DNA of 62,112 bases, filler included. It is 15 parts of 15 records of this genome, joined end to end, with 100 filler letters (N's around TTAATTAATTAA, not from the genome) between each part and the next. Parts side by side here need not be neighbours in the genome. Positions count along the whole stretch, not along the records: positions 41,898 to 47,249 come from SRR15195285_11475; positions 47,350 to 50,993 come from SRR15195285_11483; positions 51,094 to 54,556 come from SRR15195285_11496; positions 54,657 to 58,011 come from SRR15195285_11498; 11 more parts are not named here. One strand, written 5' to 3'. Below the pieces are notes generated by a model. That model had not been told where the DNA came from. It searched no databases and saw only the letters and a list, made by a program, of their open reading frames with translations. Position numbers and translations under genes: made by a program. Positions 45,301 to 57,621 of the stretch are shown here, piece after piece (the stretch's first letter is position 1; every line of letters begins with the position of its first letter).

Positions 45301-47249
45301 AGTCGAATAGTTTCCTGAGGTGGTTGTCGTGATGAGTCAGCACGACTCGTACAGGCCTCGTCAAGGGCAGGCTATCAGCATTGTCAACTAAACCGTGCAA
45401 GTGATGTAATGCCTCGCCATAGAAAGCTTTCAACTTTCCAGCCAGCCCTTGGGCTAGCAATTCTGAATAGCGACGGTCTGCGAGTCGAATCACAGCGCCG
45501 ACAAACTCATACAGGCCAAGCGCACGCTCCAACCCGGAACTACCAATTGTCGTGGCAGTGCATTTATCCTGCCTCGTCTCCAGGTCATGTAAGGTTGCAT
45601 CTGCAGCTGAGTCAGCAGAATGGCCGCCTTGCTGCTCTGAGGCGTCTTTTACAGCGCGGGAGCGGTTGAACATCGCTCGTAGGAAGATCTGGTCTACCGC
45701 GTTCTTGTCGACTGACCGATCGCCGCAATTGTGCATCCCACAGTCGCGCGCAAACTGTTTGAACTGTTCGGCTGACACGACTTCGGGATCAACGTTCTCC
45801 CCTGACCTCGAGCTAGTGACGGTGTAGCAGTACTGACGAAAGAGCGCGATAAGCTTTGCCTCCATCTGTTGCAGCGCAATTGTGACGTAACCCTTGTTCT
45901 TCTTGCTATCTGGCGGAGCATGGGAAAGCAAGAACTCTCGATCCTTCAAGTCAACCTCGCCGTCATCAACCAGCTGCTTGATCTGCGCTATCACGCGAGG
46001 AGATACGCGCTGTGCCTTGAGATTGCGAAAAAGGCTCTTGCGCTCTTGCTCGTCCAATCCATCGACATCATGTGCCGCCAGGTGAAGCACTTGGCGCAGC
46101 ACTTCTTGCTCTTTGACCAGATCAGTCGTGTCCACTATGGACCAGTCATAGTGCCGGCGGATCTGTGGGGGCTTGGGGATGACTTCCGGTGGCTCTGGGC
46201 CGTGCCAGTGCGGCTTGCGATATGCAGGCCCACGCCCGGCCAGCCGCTCTCCTATATGCACACCGTGCGTCGATCGAATGTTGTTCCAGCTCAGGTCCAG
46301 CGACAGTAATGAGTTGCCTGGCTTCCCGAGAACACTGGCAGCGATCGCTGAAGCCGCAGAATCGATGTGATTATCAGACAGGTCAAGCGTCTCCAACGAG
46401 CATCCTGACGCACCAATCGCCATAGCGATGGTGCGCACCGCTCGGTCTCCTAGCTTGCAGCCAGCCAGCGTCAGGTGCTTAAGAGCGCACGTTTTGGCCA
46501 GCAGCAGGTCTTTGAATGACTTTGCAACACCTGCCTTGCCTACCATTGCCTCCTCGAACACATTCTTGCTCAAATCGACGCGCGTGAGCAGTTTCATGCC
46601 TCGCATCACTTGCAAGAGCTGCGACGCCGTCGAGCCGTCCAGGCCGTTCGCACTCAAGTCCAGCGAGGTGACACGGTTCCCGACTTCTGTCATCATCCTG
46701 AGGGTCGTAGCGATTACCGCTCCCCTTGGGTTTGTTAGCGCAGCCTGCATGTTCCAGTGCGTGCCATATTCGCCAGCATGCAGCTCGCCAACTGGTGCTC
46801 CTGCCAGCTCACGCGGGCTGGGCGCGTCCACATCGTCGCGATTGCTGCTGGGCTTGAACAGCACGTCTTTGACCACAGGAGTAGGGAGCAACTTGCTGCT
46901 TTCACATGCTCTGATGTAGCCACGTCGTGGCGTGGCCCCCAGTCGAGGACTGGCAAGGTCTGGTGATGACGGCCTGGAGCGTACCCGCGAGATTGCAGGT
47001 GGCAGTGGCCGAGCCGACGCATCTTCATCGGAATCGTCCTCCTCCGACAGCTCCGGCAGCTCCTCCTCCTCTGTGCTCGACTCAGAACCGTCGAGATGAC
47101 AGCGGGCCAGCGATTGCCTGCGCTGCCCTGCGAGAGCCTGTCGGCGCTCGAGCTCCTTCACCTCCTGCACCGTCAGCCCGACACTGGGACGGACCACAGT
47201 GGACTTGTAGACCTGAAAGTAGGTGTGGCGTGGGTCCAGTGCGCTGCGG
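42302..47249 (-). CDS. Large ribonuclease-inhibitor-type LRR protein with EF-hand-like helices and an inserted RING-like finger (probably 5' truncated)
   Basis: LRRs VTSLDLSANGL, LETLDLSDNHI, LLSLDLSWNNI, LTSLNMSWNCIG and LREVNLAHND; a thrice-repeated DP/NPxGxYxLxL motif; CKLC...LPCRHPALCEGC...CPIC. Confidence 0.85.
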
Positions 47250-47349
47250 NNNNNNNNNNNNNNNNNNNNNNNNNNNNNNNNNNNNNNNNNNNNTTAATTA
47301 ATTAANNNNNNNNNNNNNNNNNNNNNNNNNNNNNNNNNNNNNNNNNNNN

Positions 47350-49179
47350 GCGCACAAAGAACTCGTGCAACCGATCGCTAAGTCCGAACGTACATACAAC
47401 CATGGCATGACTGTGACATGGTGGGCCCCACCAGAAGGTCCAGCGATGCCTCGGCCACGCAAGCCGGCTCTAAAACCGTGGGATATCGAGGCGCGGAAGC
47501 TGGCTCACAAGCCCGTCGCAAATGACGACGCTGCGTCTCCGTGGGATGGACTGTTGCGAGGCTTTACATCGGATTCAGCAGGAAAGATTGCAAAACAGTT
47601 TGGTGGGAAAGCAGCAATCACATGCATGCAAATCAACGCCACTGGCAACTTGATTTGTGTTGGTCGGGCAAACGGGGAGATTATGGTGTTCAGCTGCCCG
47701 TCGGTGTCGGCGCAGGGTCAGGTTGAACCAGTGCTGCTTCGTAAATACTCACCCGTGGCCAGTGCAGATGGAGATCTTATCGTAGAGATTGGCTGGTGCA
47801 TTGACTCTACACAGCTCTACACCATTAGCCACAAAGGCGTTGTTGTGCTCTGGTCGATGCAGGTCTACCCAGAGACGAAGGGATCGAAGGTCAGAAAGCT
47901 TTCGCGTGTTGCGCAGCTTGATGAGTCTGCGTTGCAGGCTCCTCGCACGGGGCTAGACCCGACAGAGCACAACACCGTGCCGAGCACAGCTTGCTTTCAC
48001 CCAGGCCTGACTTTTATTGGCTCACAGCCTGGCATCGTGCTTGGAACGGACGGTGGCGATGTGATGAAGTGCACCGCGGCTCAGAGTTCTGGGGGGAAAC
48101 TTGTCAACTGTGAAGATTTGAGTGCGGATTGCGGCGAGGACCTTAGCAGCGCTGCTCTTGCGGGGAACGAAAGCAAAGATCGGAGCGGAAGTAGACCGCG
48201 CCCTCACTACACAGTCAAAGAGACTTTCTCGGCACACAAAAGCAAGGTGATTGCAGTGGAGTTTGGTCCCGGCGACACCATGATTACCTTGGACAGCACT
48301 GGCAAGATACTGCGCTGGCCGTACCGGCGCGACAACTTTACGGGGTTCGGATGGTTTCGTCCAGACCAAAGCTGTCTTCTTGGTTTGGATTATGCATTCT
48401 CCCCAATCGGTGAGCCGCAGAACATTTTCCCTCCTACGAGTTCCTCAGGATCGATTAACTCAGTCTTGGATCCGCGCTACTTGCAAGAGACTAAAGCTGC
48501 GTCAGAGGCAGTTGCAAAGTTGAAACACCTTGCAGTCGCTCCATTCTCGCACAGCATTACACCAACCGGTACATTAGAGCTGAAATATCCTCCGAAGGAC
48601 ACTGCCGGGAGCTTCGTGGACTGCACTGTCCTGGAATATGGTGTGGCTGGCGCCGGAGCAGGTCTTCTGCTGCGCCATGCCTCACAACGATGTGAAGTCA
48701 GTGCGGCGTCTCGCGGAGCAATTGCACCAAAGTCGCGGAATCATGTAAGCTTTTCGTCCTGCCGCAAGAAGCTGTACTTCCTTGTGTCCGAGGAAACTTC
48801 AGTTGGGTCAACACTAGTTGTCGTAGGCTTGCGGACAGATCGAATGTCTTGGTTGCCCATCAGGGTGGAGGCGGGCACTGCGCAGAAGGGCACGATGCCT
48901 ATGCTGTGTGTTCACTCAGTCACAGGGCTGCGAGCTTCCAACTTCGCGTACGTGCTCAACGGGGGCTCGGTTGGGATGTACTGCTTGCAGAGTGGACAAA
49001 AGCTCCAGACGGTTCAGAATGCAAGCTGGGACAGCATGACGGTCGCGGCAGGGGGAGCACATATGGCCCTGTCGCGCAGCGATGGCCCGCCCGAAATATG
49101 GTTTGTGGAGCTCAAATCAGAGGGCCTTCAAGCGGCAGAGGCCGTGATCGACACTTTGCTGTCTGCGATGAAGGTGTGA
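47350..49179 (+). CDS. Divergent WD40 / beta-propeller protein (5' truncated)
   Basis: AITCMQINATGNLICVGRANGEIMVFS, IVEIGWCIDSTQLYTISHKGVVVLWS and AHKSKVIAVEF...TLDSTGKILRW. Confidence 0.75.
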   Translation, partial: AHKELVQPIAKSERTYNHGMTVTWWAPPEGPAMPRPRKPALKPWDIEARKLAHKPVANDDAASPWDGLLRGFTSDSAGKIAKQFGGKAAITCMQINATGNLICVGRANGEIMVFSCPSVSAQGQVEPVLLRKYSPVASADGDLIVEIGWCIDSTQLYTISHKGVVVLWSMQVYPETKGSKVRKLSRVAQLDESALQAPRTGLDPTEHNTVPSTACFHPGLTFIGSQPGIVLGTDGGDVMKCTAAQSSGGKLVNCEDLSADCGEDLSSAALAGNESKDRSGSRPRPHYTVKETFSAHKSKVIAVEFGPGDTMITLDSTGKILRWPYRRDNFTGFGWFRPDQSCLLGLDYAFSPIGEPQNIFPPTSSSGSINSVLDPRYLQETKAASEAVAKLKHLAVAPFSHSITPTGTLELKYPPKDTAGSFVDCTVLEYGVAGAGAGLLLRHASQRCEVSAASRGAIAPKSRNHVSFSSCRKKLYFLVSEETSVGSTLVVVGLRTDRMSWLPIRVEAGTAQKGTMPMLCVHSVTGLRASNFAYVLNGGSVGMYCLQSGQKLQTVQNASWDSMTVAAGGAHMALSRSDGPPEIWFVELKSEGLQAAEAVIDTLLSAMKV

Positions 49180-49326
49180 TACGACAGGGGCATCTATTCA
49201 TGCGTCGGTCCTAGGTGTGGACTGGGCACGGCGCAGTCTGGCAGCGACGGCAGCATGCAGACACGGAGGCATGTACACACATTCGTAGAAACACACAGGG
49301 TTTATTCATGTTCGCCCTCTCCTAAT

Positions 49327-50583
49327 CTATAGTGACAAGCTGACCTGCTGCTCTGGACCCTGCTCGTGGCTCAGAAGTTGGCTAGCACTCAACGCCGCCA
49401 GTGGCGATGCGGCGCCTGTCCGTCTCCTCTTTTCCCTAAGACCATCCTCCATACACACACCACCCAGATCATCTAGGGTACTTGACGACACACGTGGGGA
49501 CGCCAGCGCTGTTAGCATCTGACCCAGTTCAGACTCGATAGTCATCGGCATCGAGCTCGCCGGCGTTTGGGATTGCTCCACAGCCGACAGGTCCAGTCTT
49601 GGACGTGAGCCTCGTGGCGAGTGCGAAGATTTGCGTGCCGGCGAAGACGTCAGTGACTTTGTTCGTGACTGCGGCGGTGTTCCGTGAAGCTCCGGGGTAC
49701 GCACGATCCCATGCGATGCAATGCGGACCGCGCAAGGGGAGTTGTCCGACTTCTTCGTGTAGCGGCGCTTGTCGTGTACGCACAGCAGCTTCACTCCGGT
49801 GAACTTCCTCTCCACGCTGCTAATGCCATCACCGGTAGGGTCGTACGTGTAGATTTTGGCTCGCTTGCTGTAGCCCATTTGCGAAGGTGTTGTGACAACG
49901 CCGATGTCTCGTACCAGCAGCGAGTTGATTTGTTCGTCGCGCTTTTCGCGGCCAGACTGACCGCTCCACGAGCACTCAGCGAGGCCGTCGAGCGACTGCT
50001 GTCCCAGGCCGTGGCTGCTATCCGGTGGGTCGACAAGATACCAACCATCTACGAGCGAGCGAGCGAGCAGCATGATCGTCAGACTCCTGTTCTGATTAGC
50101 GCGGTACACGCTAGGTTGGGGATACATGGTGGCACGGCAGGTGTGGGGACGTCACGCACTTCGCAGTTGGTGCTTCGGGCGCCAGCTCGCGGACGACACT
50201 AGGCCGTTCCTGCTCAGAGTAGTGACCCGTGGGTCCCGCAGCACTGAAACGTGGTGCGGGCCGTCCTCACAGTATGCCTCGACCCGACCCGCTATGAGAT
50301 CTTGGAAGAACCGCTGCGCGAACCCACTTCGGTGGCGCGACGCAGCCAGCTTCGCCAAGCTCAGCGAGTGGCCACGTCGCGCTTGGCCGCGACCGCCTGC
50401 ATGAGAACGCGATTCGAGAGGTGGAGTCGGGCTCATGTCATCGCCGTTGCTGTTGGCGTTGCTGCGCGAGCGGGCCAGCCCCGAGGGTGTCGGCGTCGGC
50501 GTCGGAAAGCTCTCGCTCTCGCTGCCGCTTCCGCTGTCGCACGCCGCCCGCACCAGCAGCTCGATACTCACACTGTCCATCAC
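49327..50583 (-). CDS. Hypothetical protein, probably two exons
   Basis: Consecutive ORFs 50152-50583 and 49327-50127 with a CTAAT..ACAG acceptor at ~50087. The donor site is uncertain. Confidence 0.55.
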
Positions 50584-51121
50584 CTCCAGGTTGATTCGCG
50601 CCCGAACCGATTTTCACCCACAGCCACTCCTCCCAGCACACACCCTCCCCCACCCTCCCGCCCCGCACCCTCCCTCCCTCCCTCCTCACAGCCCGCCTCG
50701 ATCCCCTCCAAAACCGCCCTGGTAACCGTGCCCCAGCCCCAGCAGGGCGGTAACGGTAACGACGCTTCCGCGTGGCGCAGCGTAGCGCTTCGCAATTTGG
50801 TGGGCTCAACTGACACCTCAGAGTTCTCAACCGACTTTCCACCCGCCCAGTCAAGAGTCATTCGCACAGTCAATCCCGCGCGATCTGTCCTGTCCGGTTC
50901 CTCCTGTTGATCGCACATGTATAAACTCGTATTAATTTCGTTGAGTATAAGTACAATAACAATGCCACGTTCCGTAAATAATTACGAGATTGANNNNNNN
51001 NNNNNNNNNNNNNNNNNNNNNNNNNNNNNNNNNNNNNTTAATTAATTAANNNNNNNNNNNNNNNNNNNNNNNNNNNNNNNNNNNNNNNNNNNNCAAGGGC
51101 AAAGCCAAAGACCAAGTAGGC

Positions 51122-51186
51122 GTACTAATTACAGTTATCATTACAAAATTGCAAATTACAAATGTACTAATTACAAAATTGCAAAG
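51122..51186. repeat. AT-rich imperfect direct repeats (GTACTAATTACA, ATTACAAAATTGCAAA)
   Basis: Each motif occurs twice near the contig start. Confidence 0.7.
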
Positions 51187-51408
51187 TTTTAAAAACCTAC
51201 AAGCTACATGCACCTAAGTCGCCCCCGGGTACATGTACACACACGTCCATATATATACGATACCGCGCGCGCGCGCCGCGCCGGTCGGTGACGTCAGCAC
51301 TGGCGAGCACGTCTGCGAACTGCCGGCGTGGCCGGGGAACGAACTTGAAGGGCTCGCCGAGCAAGGAGGGGGGAGGAGGAAGGGGGCGTGCCGACGCAGA
51401 CAGCCATA

Positions 51409-52384
51409 ATGGATCGTCAATCTTCAATAGTTGCTGCTGGGGGCGTTGCTGCATTTGCTGCTTGTGAGCTCTGCTGTTCTATTTCTCTGCACGCGATCAT
51501 ACGCGACGGGCGCGACGCCGCCACCACCCACCAGGCGGTCGAGATGCCAGTCTGACCTCTGCCGGTTGCGTTCTACGTAGCTGGAGCTGTCGCCGCTGCA
51601 ATGCTTCGCAAGTAGTGATAGTATAGACAGCAAGCCGCTCGACGTTGCTTGTGTAATCGTACGTGTGTCCTGCATAGGTGCACTCCTCTGCGCACGGCGC
51701 CGGGTTGTTAAGCGAGTCTACTTCGTGCGTCATGGCCACGCGCAGCACAATGACGCCACAGAAAGAGCCCTGTCCGCCGGCAAGACCTTGATGGAAGCTG
51801 CGCTCATTGGAGGCGTCATTCGTGACCCGGCCCTAACACCAAAGGGTGAGGAGCAGGCGAAGGGCCTCATTGCAGACACAGTGCTACAGAAATGCCTTCG
51901 GGCAGGGGATTCTTCAGCTGAGGCTGTGGTCGTGTCGCCATGTCGCCGCACGCTGCAGACAGCAGTCATCGGCCTGGAGTCAGCGGGTCTTCCTTTCGTT
52001 GCACATGACTCTTGTCAAGAATGTGCGGACGTTCCAAGCGACACCGGCCGGCCGGTGCGTGAGTTGATAAGCGAGTTCTCGTCTGTGGATTTTTCGCAAA
52101 TCGATCAGCCAGACGACTGGTTCAATAAGGTGGGCCCCTGGGATTTCGCGAAGAATGAGGCAAAGCCAGAAGGGTTGATGGCGTTGCAGAAACGATGCGA
52201 GCGTTTCACAACTTTCATCGCTGGCCGATCCGAGGAGTGTTTGATCGTGGTTGCGCACCACACTTTTCTGGCGTTCCTGCTGGCGCTAGAGTTTGCCAAT
52301 TGCGAGGTGATAGAGTGCGGACTCCGGGCAGATGGCACCTGGACAGTACTGAGTGCGAGGTGCGAAAAAGCCGCGATCTTCTGA
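51409..52384 (+). CDS. Histidine phosphatase (phosphoglycerate-mutase-like) family protein with a hydrophobic N-terminus
   Basis: ATG 51409; an intron at ~51464-51677 joins to VYFVRHGHAQHN, DPALTPKGEEQA, VVSPCRRTLQTA, IVVAHHTF and FANCE. Confidence 0.9.
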
Positions 52385-52696
52385 GCATCATGCAATGTGC
52401 CAAGTGACTGAGCACAGACCATGGGAACAGGGCTGAAGTGAAACCGTTGAAAACGAAGACAGGTGAGCCACTGACACTATGTGGCTGCCCCCCACTCAGT
52501 GGCACGGCAGAGAAAGCCCTGTGGGCATGAAGATGCCCTGCGCGCTCACAGTAGCGGATGACACCGGACACAAGGGCTACTGCTCGGTGGGGTAAAGCAT
52601 CAGAACGCTGACACGAATCGAAAGTAGTACCCACGCTCTGTCATTGCGCATAGTATGCCCTCTCCGAACGAGGCAGGTACAGGGGGCGAACGTCCA

Positions 52697-54132
52697 TTAT
52701 TGCAGCCCGCCAGTGTTTACATCAGAGTGTTGTGCAGTGCTGCTCGTTTTCTCCTGCCAGAAAGGGCATAGCACTTCCTCGCCCTTCTGCCATCTTTCCC
52801 ATCGTTGACACACAGCTGTGCGATTGGAGATAGATTTGGGATAGCCGTCTGCTTTCATCCCAGTTAATGCTATCTCGTAATTCAATCCACCTAGGCCAGT
52901 GCGATTCCCACCCCATTTCGTGTCCGGATCTGGCCAACCAATTTCACAAGGCACACAGCTTGCCTTGCCAGAGACATTGACCTGGGCCTGGGCATGGTCA
53001 GCTCCATACACACTCAGCACGCCATCAATGGTCGAGTCGTTGCTGTAGTATCCCGGGGCCTCAGAGGGGTGGCGAAATGGGTCATAGTAGCCAGCACCAA
53101 TGTTGACGGTCATCAAACAACCATATGATCGAAAATCCGTTAGCTTCAAGAGGCCATTTTTTTGCTGGTGGGGCAGAATGTACGCTGCGTTCCAGCCATC
53201 GCGGCAGATAACCGTCTTCGCAGTGATGTTGCCCACGAACGCCCCAGCGTAGCCGACCCCGGTCTCCAAACGAAGAGTCGACCCGCCCTGTCCATCGAGG
53301 TTCTCGAAGTGTGTATCTTGCACTGATTGTGTTTGGATCATTCCATACCCGATCGAACCACCGGTCGAAGTGATGTTAACAACCAGACCACCTCGCGGGT
53401 TGCCTGCCCCTCGATTCACAAACTCGATTCCTGACTTCTCAGCTACGATCGATATGGATGGATCTTGTAGCGGGTCGGCCATCTTGATCAAGCAGTTCGC
53501 CAGTACAAAGTGAGATATATCGCCAACGTAAATGAACCCACGTACGTTCCACGGTGCCTGTGGTGTCTCGACCATTCACATGCAAGCGTGGCGGAAGTTA
53601 GCAAATGTTTTTTGATGAGGAGGCACAGCAGATGAAGCAACCAGACAGGATTGGCATCACCGACCAGCTGAGGCTTGGAGATGTCGACAGTAAACTTGGA
53701 GCCAGCTGGCGCTGCAATGGAAAGGTTGGTGACCGGCGAGGGTGTGGCCCCGTCCATCTCCCCGAGCATGAACATGCTCTGGGCCGTCTTCATGCCCGGG
53801 GCAGGGACGAATGTGGCTGCCGGGCTCATGCGCCATTGAGTGTGCGACGTGTTCATCGCTACAGCGATGCAGGCAAATCGTCCAGCCGGGACCGTGATGC
53901 ACCCATCTGCTGCCTGTGCCTTGCGCTGGCAGCGCGCGAAAGCAGCGGTGTCATCGGTCACTCCATCGCCGACGGCGGCGCAGTCGGCCACGAGGTCTAC
54001 GCAGCGCACGTTGCCATCACCACGACCACCAGCACCAGCACCAGCAGGCCACAGTCCATCTAGGTGAGGCAGTGGCGTGGGCGTGGAGGCTGCTGCTGCG
54101 CTGTGGCCAACGAACGCGAGAGCTGCCAACAT
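52697..54132 (-). CDS. Secreted GH82 iota-carrageenase-like beta-helix glycoside hydrolase (one intron)
   Basis: Signal peptide MLAALAFVGHSAAA; GDGVTDDTAAF start; intron 53558-53664 with a CTAAC branch site; GYGMIQTQSVQDTHFENLDGQGGSTLRLETG...NITAKTVICRDG...LPHQQKNG...SYGC. Confidence 0.8.
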
Positions 54133-54656
54133 CCGTCAGGGCGGAAGCGCCACCTATGCTAGATCTAGTACCGCCGCGGACCGTCGCTGCGTTCTCGAAT
54201 TTGCTCCGGATGAGATTGTCGGCGTTTGCGGCCTTCCGCAGCGCAGCGAGGCGGATGCTTTCGCCGCCGGGGTTCTGCCGTTCTCGCTCGCTAATCTGCG
54301 GATGAGGTCGCTGCACTACCTCGTACCTGGTGACAGTGGTGTACTGTAGCGATCTAGCCAGCCATATGACCGGGCGGACGCCGTCCGTCGCCGACCGCGC
54401 GCGCGCGCGCGCGCCCGCGCGCGTGGCGCAACGCCTCCAGCGTCGCCACTCCGCGCGCCGCGGTCGGCGCCATGCAGTCCAGAATTCAACACTCCGCAGA
54501 GTGAAAACACCACTAATTTCACGAGGAATGCGCAGCAAAAAGCAGCGACTCGAGGTNNNNNNNNNNNNNNNNNNNNNNNNNNNNNNNNNNNNNNNNNNNN
54601 TTAATTAATTAANNNNNNNNNNNNNNNNNNNNNNNNNNNNNNNNNNNNNNNNNNNN

Positions 54657-57330
54657 CTTTTTGCGCCTGTGCCGGATTGGCTGCCCGGACTGGATGATCG
54701 CAAAAATGATTAGCCTTGCCACCTTGATTGGTGTGCAGACACTTGTTGAAGATTACACGTTTCAGCTGCAGGGTTCGATGCTCGGAGCACTGATGGCGAT
54801 GGACAAAGCGTTGATGCTACGTTTAGTCTGTAATGCCACTGTGGCAGCTCTTGCGCAGGGCGTGATTTGGGAGTCGATGCTCTTCATCCAACGGGAGGCG
54901 GGCGCTGACATGGCACAGAAGATTGAAAATAACCTGTTCGATCGCTACTGTGCTAACAATAACTTCTACATAATGACACAACTCGATGGTAGAATCAAGG
55001 ATGGCGAGCACCGAATCACTGACGACATCCACGGCCTGTTCCACTGGGCGCTGTCTGACGTGATCATAGGCGGTCTGCGTCCCCTGTCGAAGCTCATCTG
55101 GTTTACTTATCGCATCGGTGGCATCCTTGGCTTCCGATGGCCGCTAGGCATCTGGGCCTACATGCTGTTCAGCGTATTCTGCCTCAAGCAGGTGCGATCC
55201 AATTTGGTGCAGAAGTCTATACTTGTTTCTGTTGGACCACAGCTCAACCTCAGATCTCTGTGCTCAGCATTTGCAAACCATGTAACAATGTAACGTACTG
55301 GTCAGGTGATGCCCGATTACAGCTTCCTGAGCCGTGAGGGCAGTCGTCTAGATGCTCGGTTCAAGTTCGTTCACGCTCGCGTCAAAACCTGTGCAGAATC
55401 AATTGCCTTCTTTGGTGGCGGCGAACGCGAGCACCAGATTGTCAATAAGCGATTTGATCGGCTGATGGCGCACGACTGGCTGCGGCTCAAGGCGAACTGC
55501 AAATTCCAAATTGTCGAAGACGTATTCCGAAACCGCATCCCCGACCTGCTCCAGGTGAGCTCAGACGCCCACAAGCGGCACGGCCTTGGTGGATAGCGCT
55601 GCCACACAGTTTGCACTCGTGGAGCAATACAGCATAGTTGCCGATGCTCGTGCATAGATGACCTCCTAACTTTTTCGTTGTTGTTTTCGTTTGCGTGGCA
55701 ATCTTTTGCCGTGGGGGCAGTGGGTGCTTCGTTTTTCATACGGCTATCTGAAAGGAGGCACTGATGCTGAGATTTTGGCGGATAATGGAGCGCAGCTTAA
55801 CGCCAACCAGCAGCAGCTGGTGCTGATGAATGGAATGATCTTTGGTGAGCTCGGTGTTCTGATAGGTTTGACTGAAAAGTTCGCCACTGTCGGCGGCAAA
55901 ACGCAACGGGTAAGTTCTGTTGTTTCCAAGTGCAGCACTTGACAATGCTGCACGTGGAAAAACAGAATCGATAGCAGAACGACAGAATTGATAGCAGCCT
56001 CAGCCACCACCAAATGTCAATCAACTATCCTGTTGCTGGCAACGTGGGCGGTCGTCTCACTCACTCTCACTGTGCCGACATGCTGCGATGTTTTTTAGAT
56101 CGCGGAATTCCAAGAGGTGCTTGACGAGATCGAGGCTGAGCACCCTCATCCCTCGGCTGCTGGCCCAGTTGGCGATAAGCTTGTCACAAAGCTGCCTCCT
56201 ATCAACGCTCAACGCCAGTGCACATCAAACGACTTCTATCTACACGAAGCGTGGCCTGAATGCGCAGGAGCGCACGTGAACGGCGATGCTGACACCGAGT
56301 CGGATCAAAAGCCCCGAAGTAAGATTGAGATGCGTGGAGTCGACCTTGTGACACCCCGTGGGGCGGCCATAGCTACTAACGTCTCTTGCGAAGTCACTAC
56401 CGACTCGCCACTGATGATTTCTGGCCGCAACGCAAGTGGCAAGACAAGCTTCGTTCGTGTGCTTGCTGGGCTGTGGCCACATAGCACCGGTGAACTCACT
56501 GCACCAGCCCCTCGTGGTTCGACAGTGCCAGGACTCAAAGACATTTTCATCGTGCCCCAAAGAATCCACATGTGCCTGGGCTCGCTTGCCGACCAGCTCA
56601 CTTATCCTGGTCGCATCCCACCAGAGCAGCGCACTGCCGATCAGGAGGCGCGCTTGATGAAGCTCCTTGATCTTGTCGGGATTGCGTACCTCGTGAAGCG
56701 CTGGGCTGGCGACAGCGATGACGTGGTGAAAGACGCGATGGGCTTGGACCATATCACCCGCTGGGAGGATGTTCTTAGTCTGGTGAGATTGCCCCGCGCC
56801 CACACCCCCGCCCGGGCGCGCCCTCTTGCCCTTGATCACTTTTCTCCTTGCACTATAGGTTTAGCATGTGTCGGTGCGCTGTTCACTACCAAGCATGTGC
56901 CTGTCCTTCTGCGAGAATCTGACAGCACTTGATTCATTTTGTGCGGGGACACCCGCCTTGCATCGTGTACCGTTTGCCACGGCGTTGATAGGGTGAACAA
57001 CAGCGGCTGAGCCTTGCCAGAATGTTCTACCACGCACCAACCTTTGGGGTCCTAGACGAGTGCACGAGCGCAGTCTCCGTGGATGTAGAGGAAACGCTGT
57101 ACAAATCGGCGATTGCCCAGGGCATCACCTGCATCACTGTCTCGCAGCGACTCAGCCTGCCTGAGTTTCACTCACATGAGTTGAAGATGGGCGAGAACAA
57201 TGAGCACGGCCATACGCTTCGCTTGATCAGCGCCAACGATGCTGCGGAGGCCAACTTGCGTGATGGACGACATGCGGCTGCCGAAATTGCTAGCATGTAC
57301 CAGGCTTCTGGCAACGAGCGCACTGGCTAG
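54657..57330 (+). CDS. ABCD-family (peroxisomal fatty acyl-CoA) ABC transporter, 5' truncated, multi-exon
   Basis: DGEHRITDD, FKFVHARVKTCAESIAFFGGGERE (EAA motif), Walker A GRNASGKTS, signature LSLGEQQRL and Walker B GVLDECTSAVS. Confidence 0.92.
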
Positions 57331-57621
57331 CCTGGTGTGCATCGAAATTCGAACTACCTTATTGTGTACGTAGGACTACCATCACATGATTATAGCACTA
57401 CTAAAGTAGCACTATGGTACCAAGCTCGTACCGGGGTGCCCTGTACACCGTGTGTACACGGGTACCGAGCCTCATTAGGAATATGGCTCAGGTAGGTTAC
57501 GGCGCCTGCCTGTGTGACCGCGTGTGTCACGGCACCATTGATATTCATAGTAGGACCCCACGAATGACAGCTGCGATGTACTCAGAGATTAGAAGATCTA
57601 TCCTAGATATGAATGGTACTC

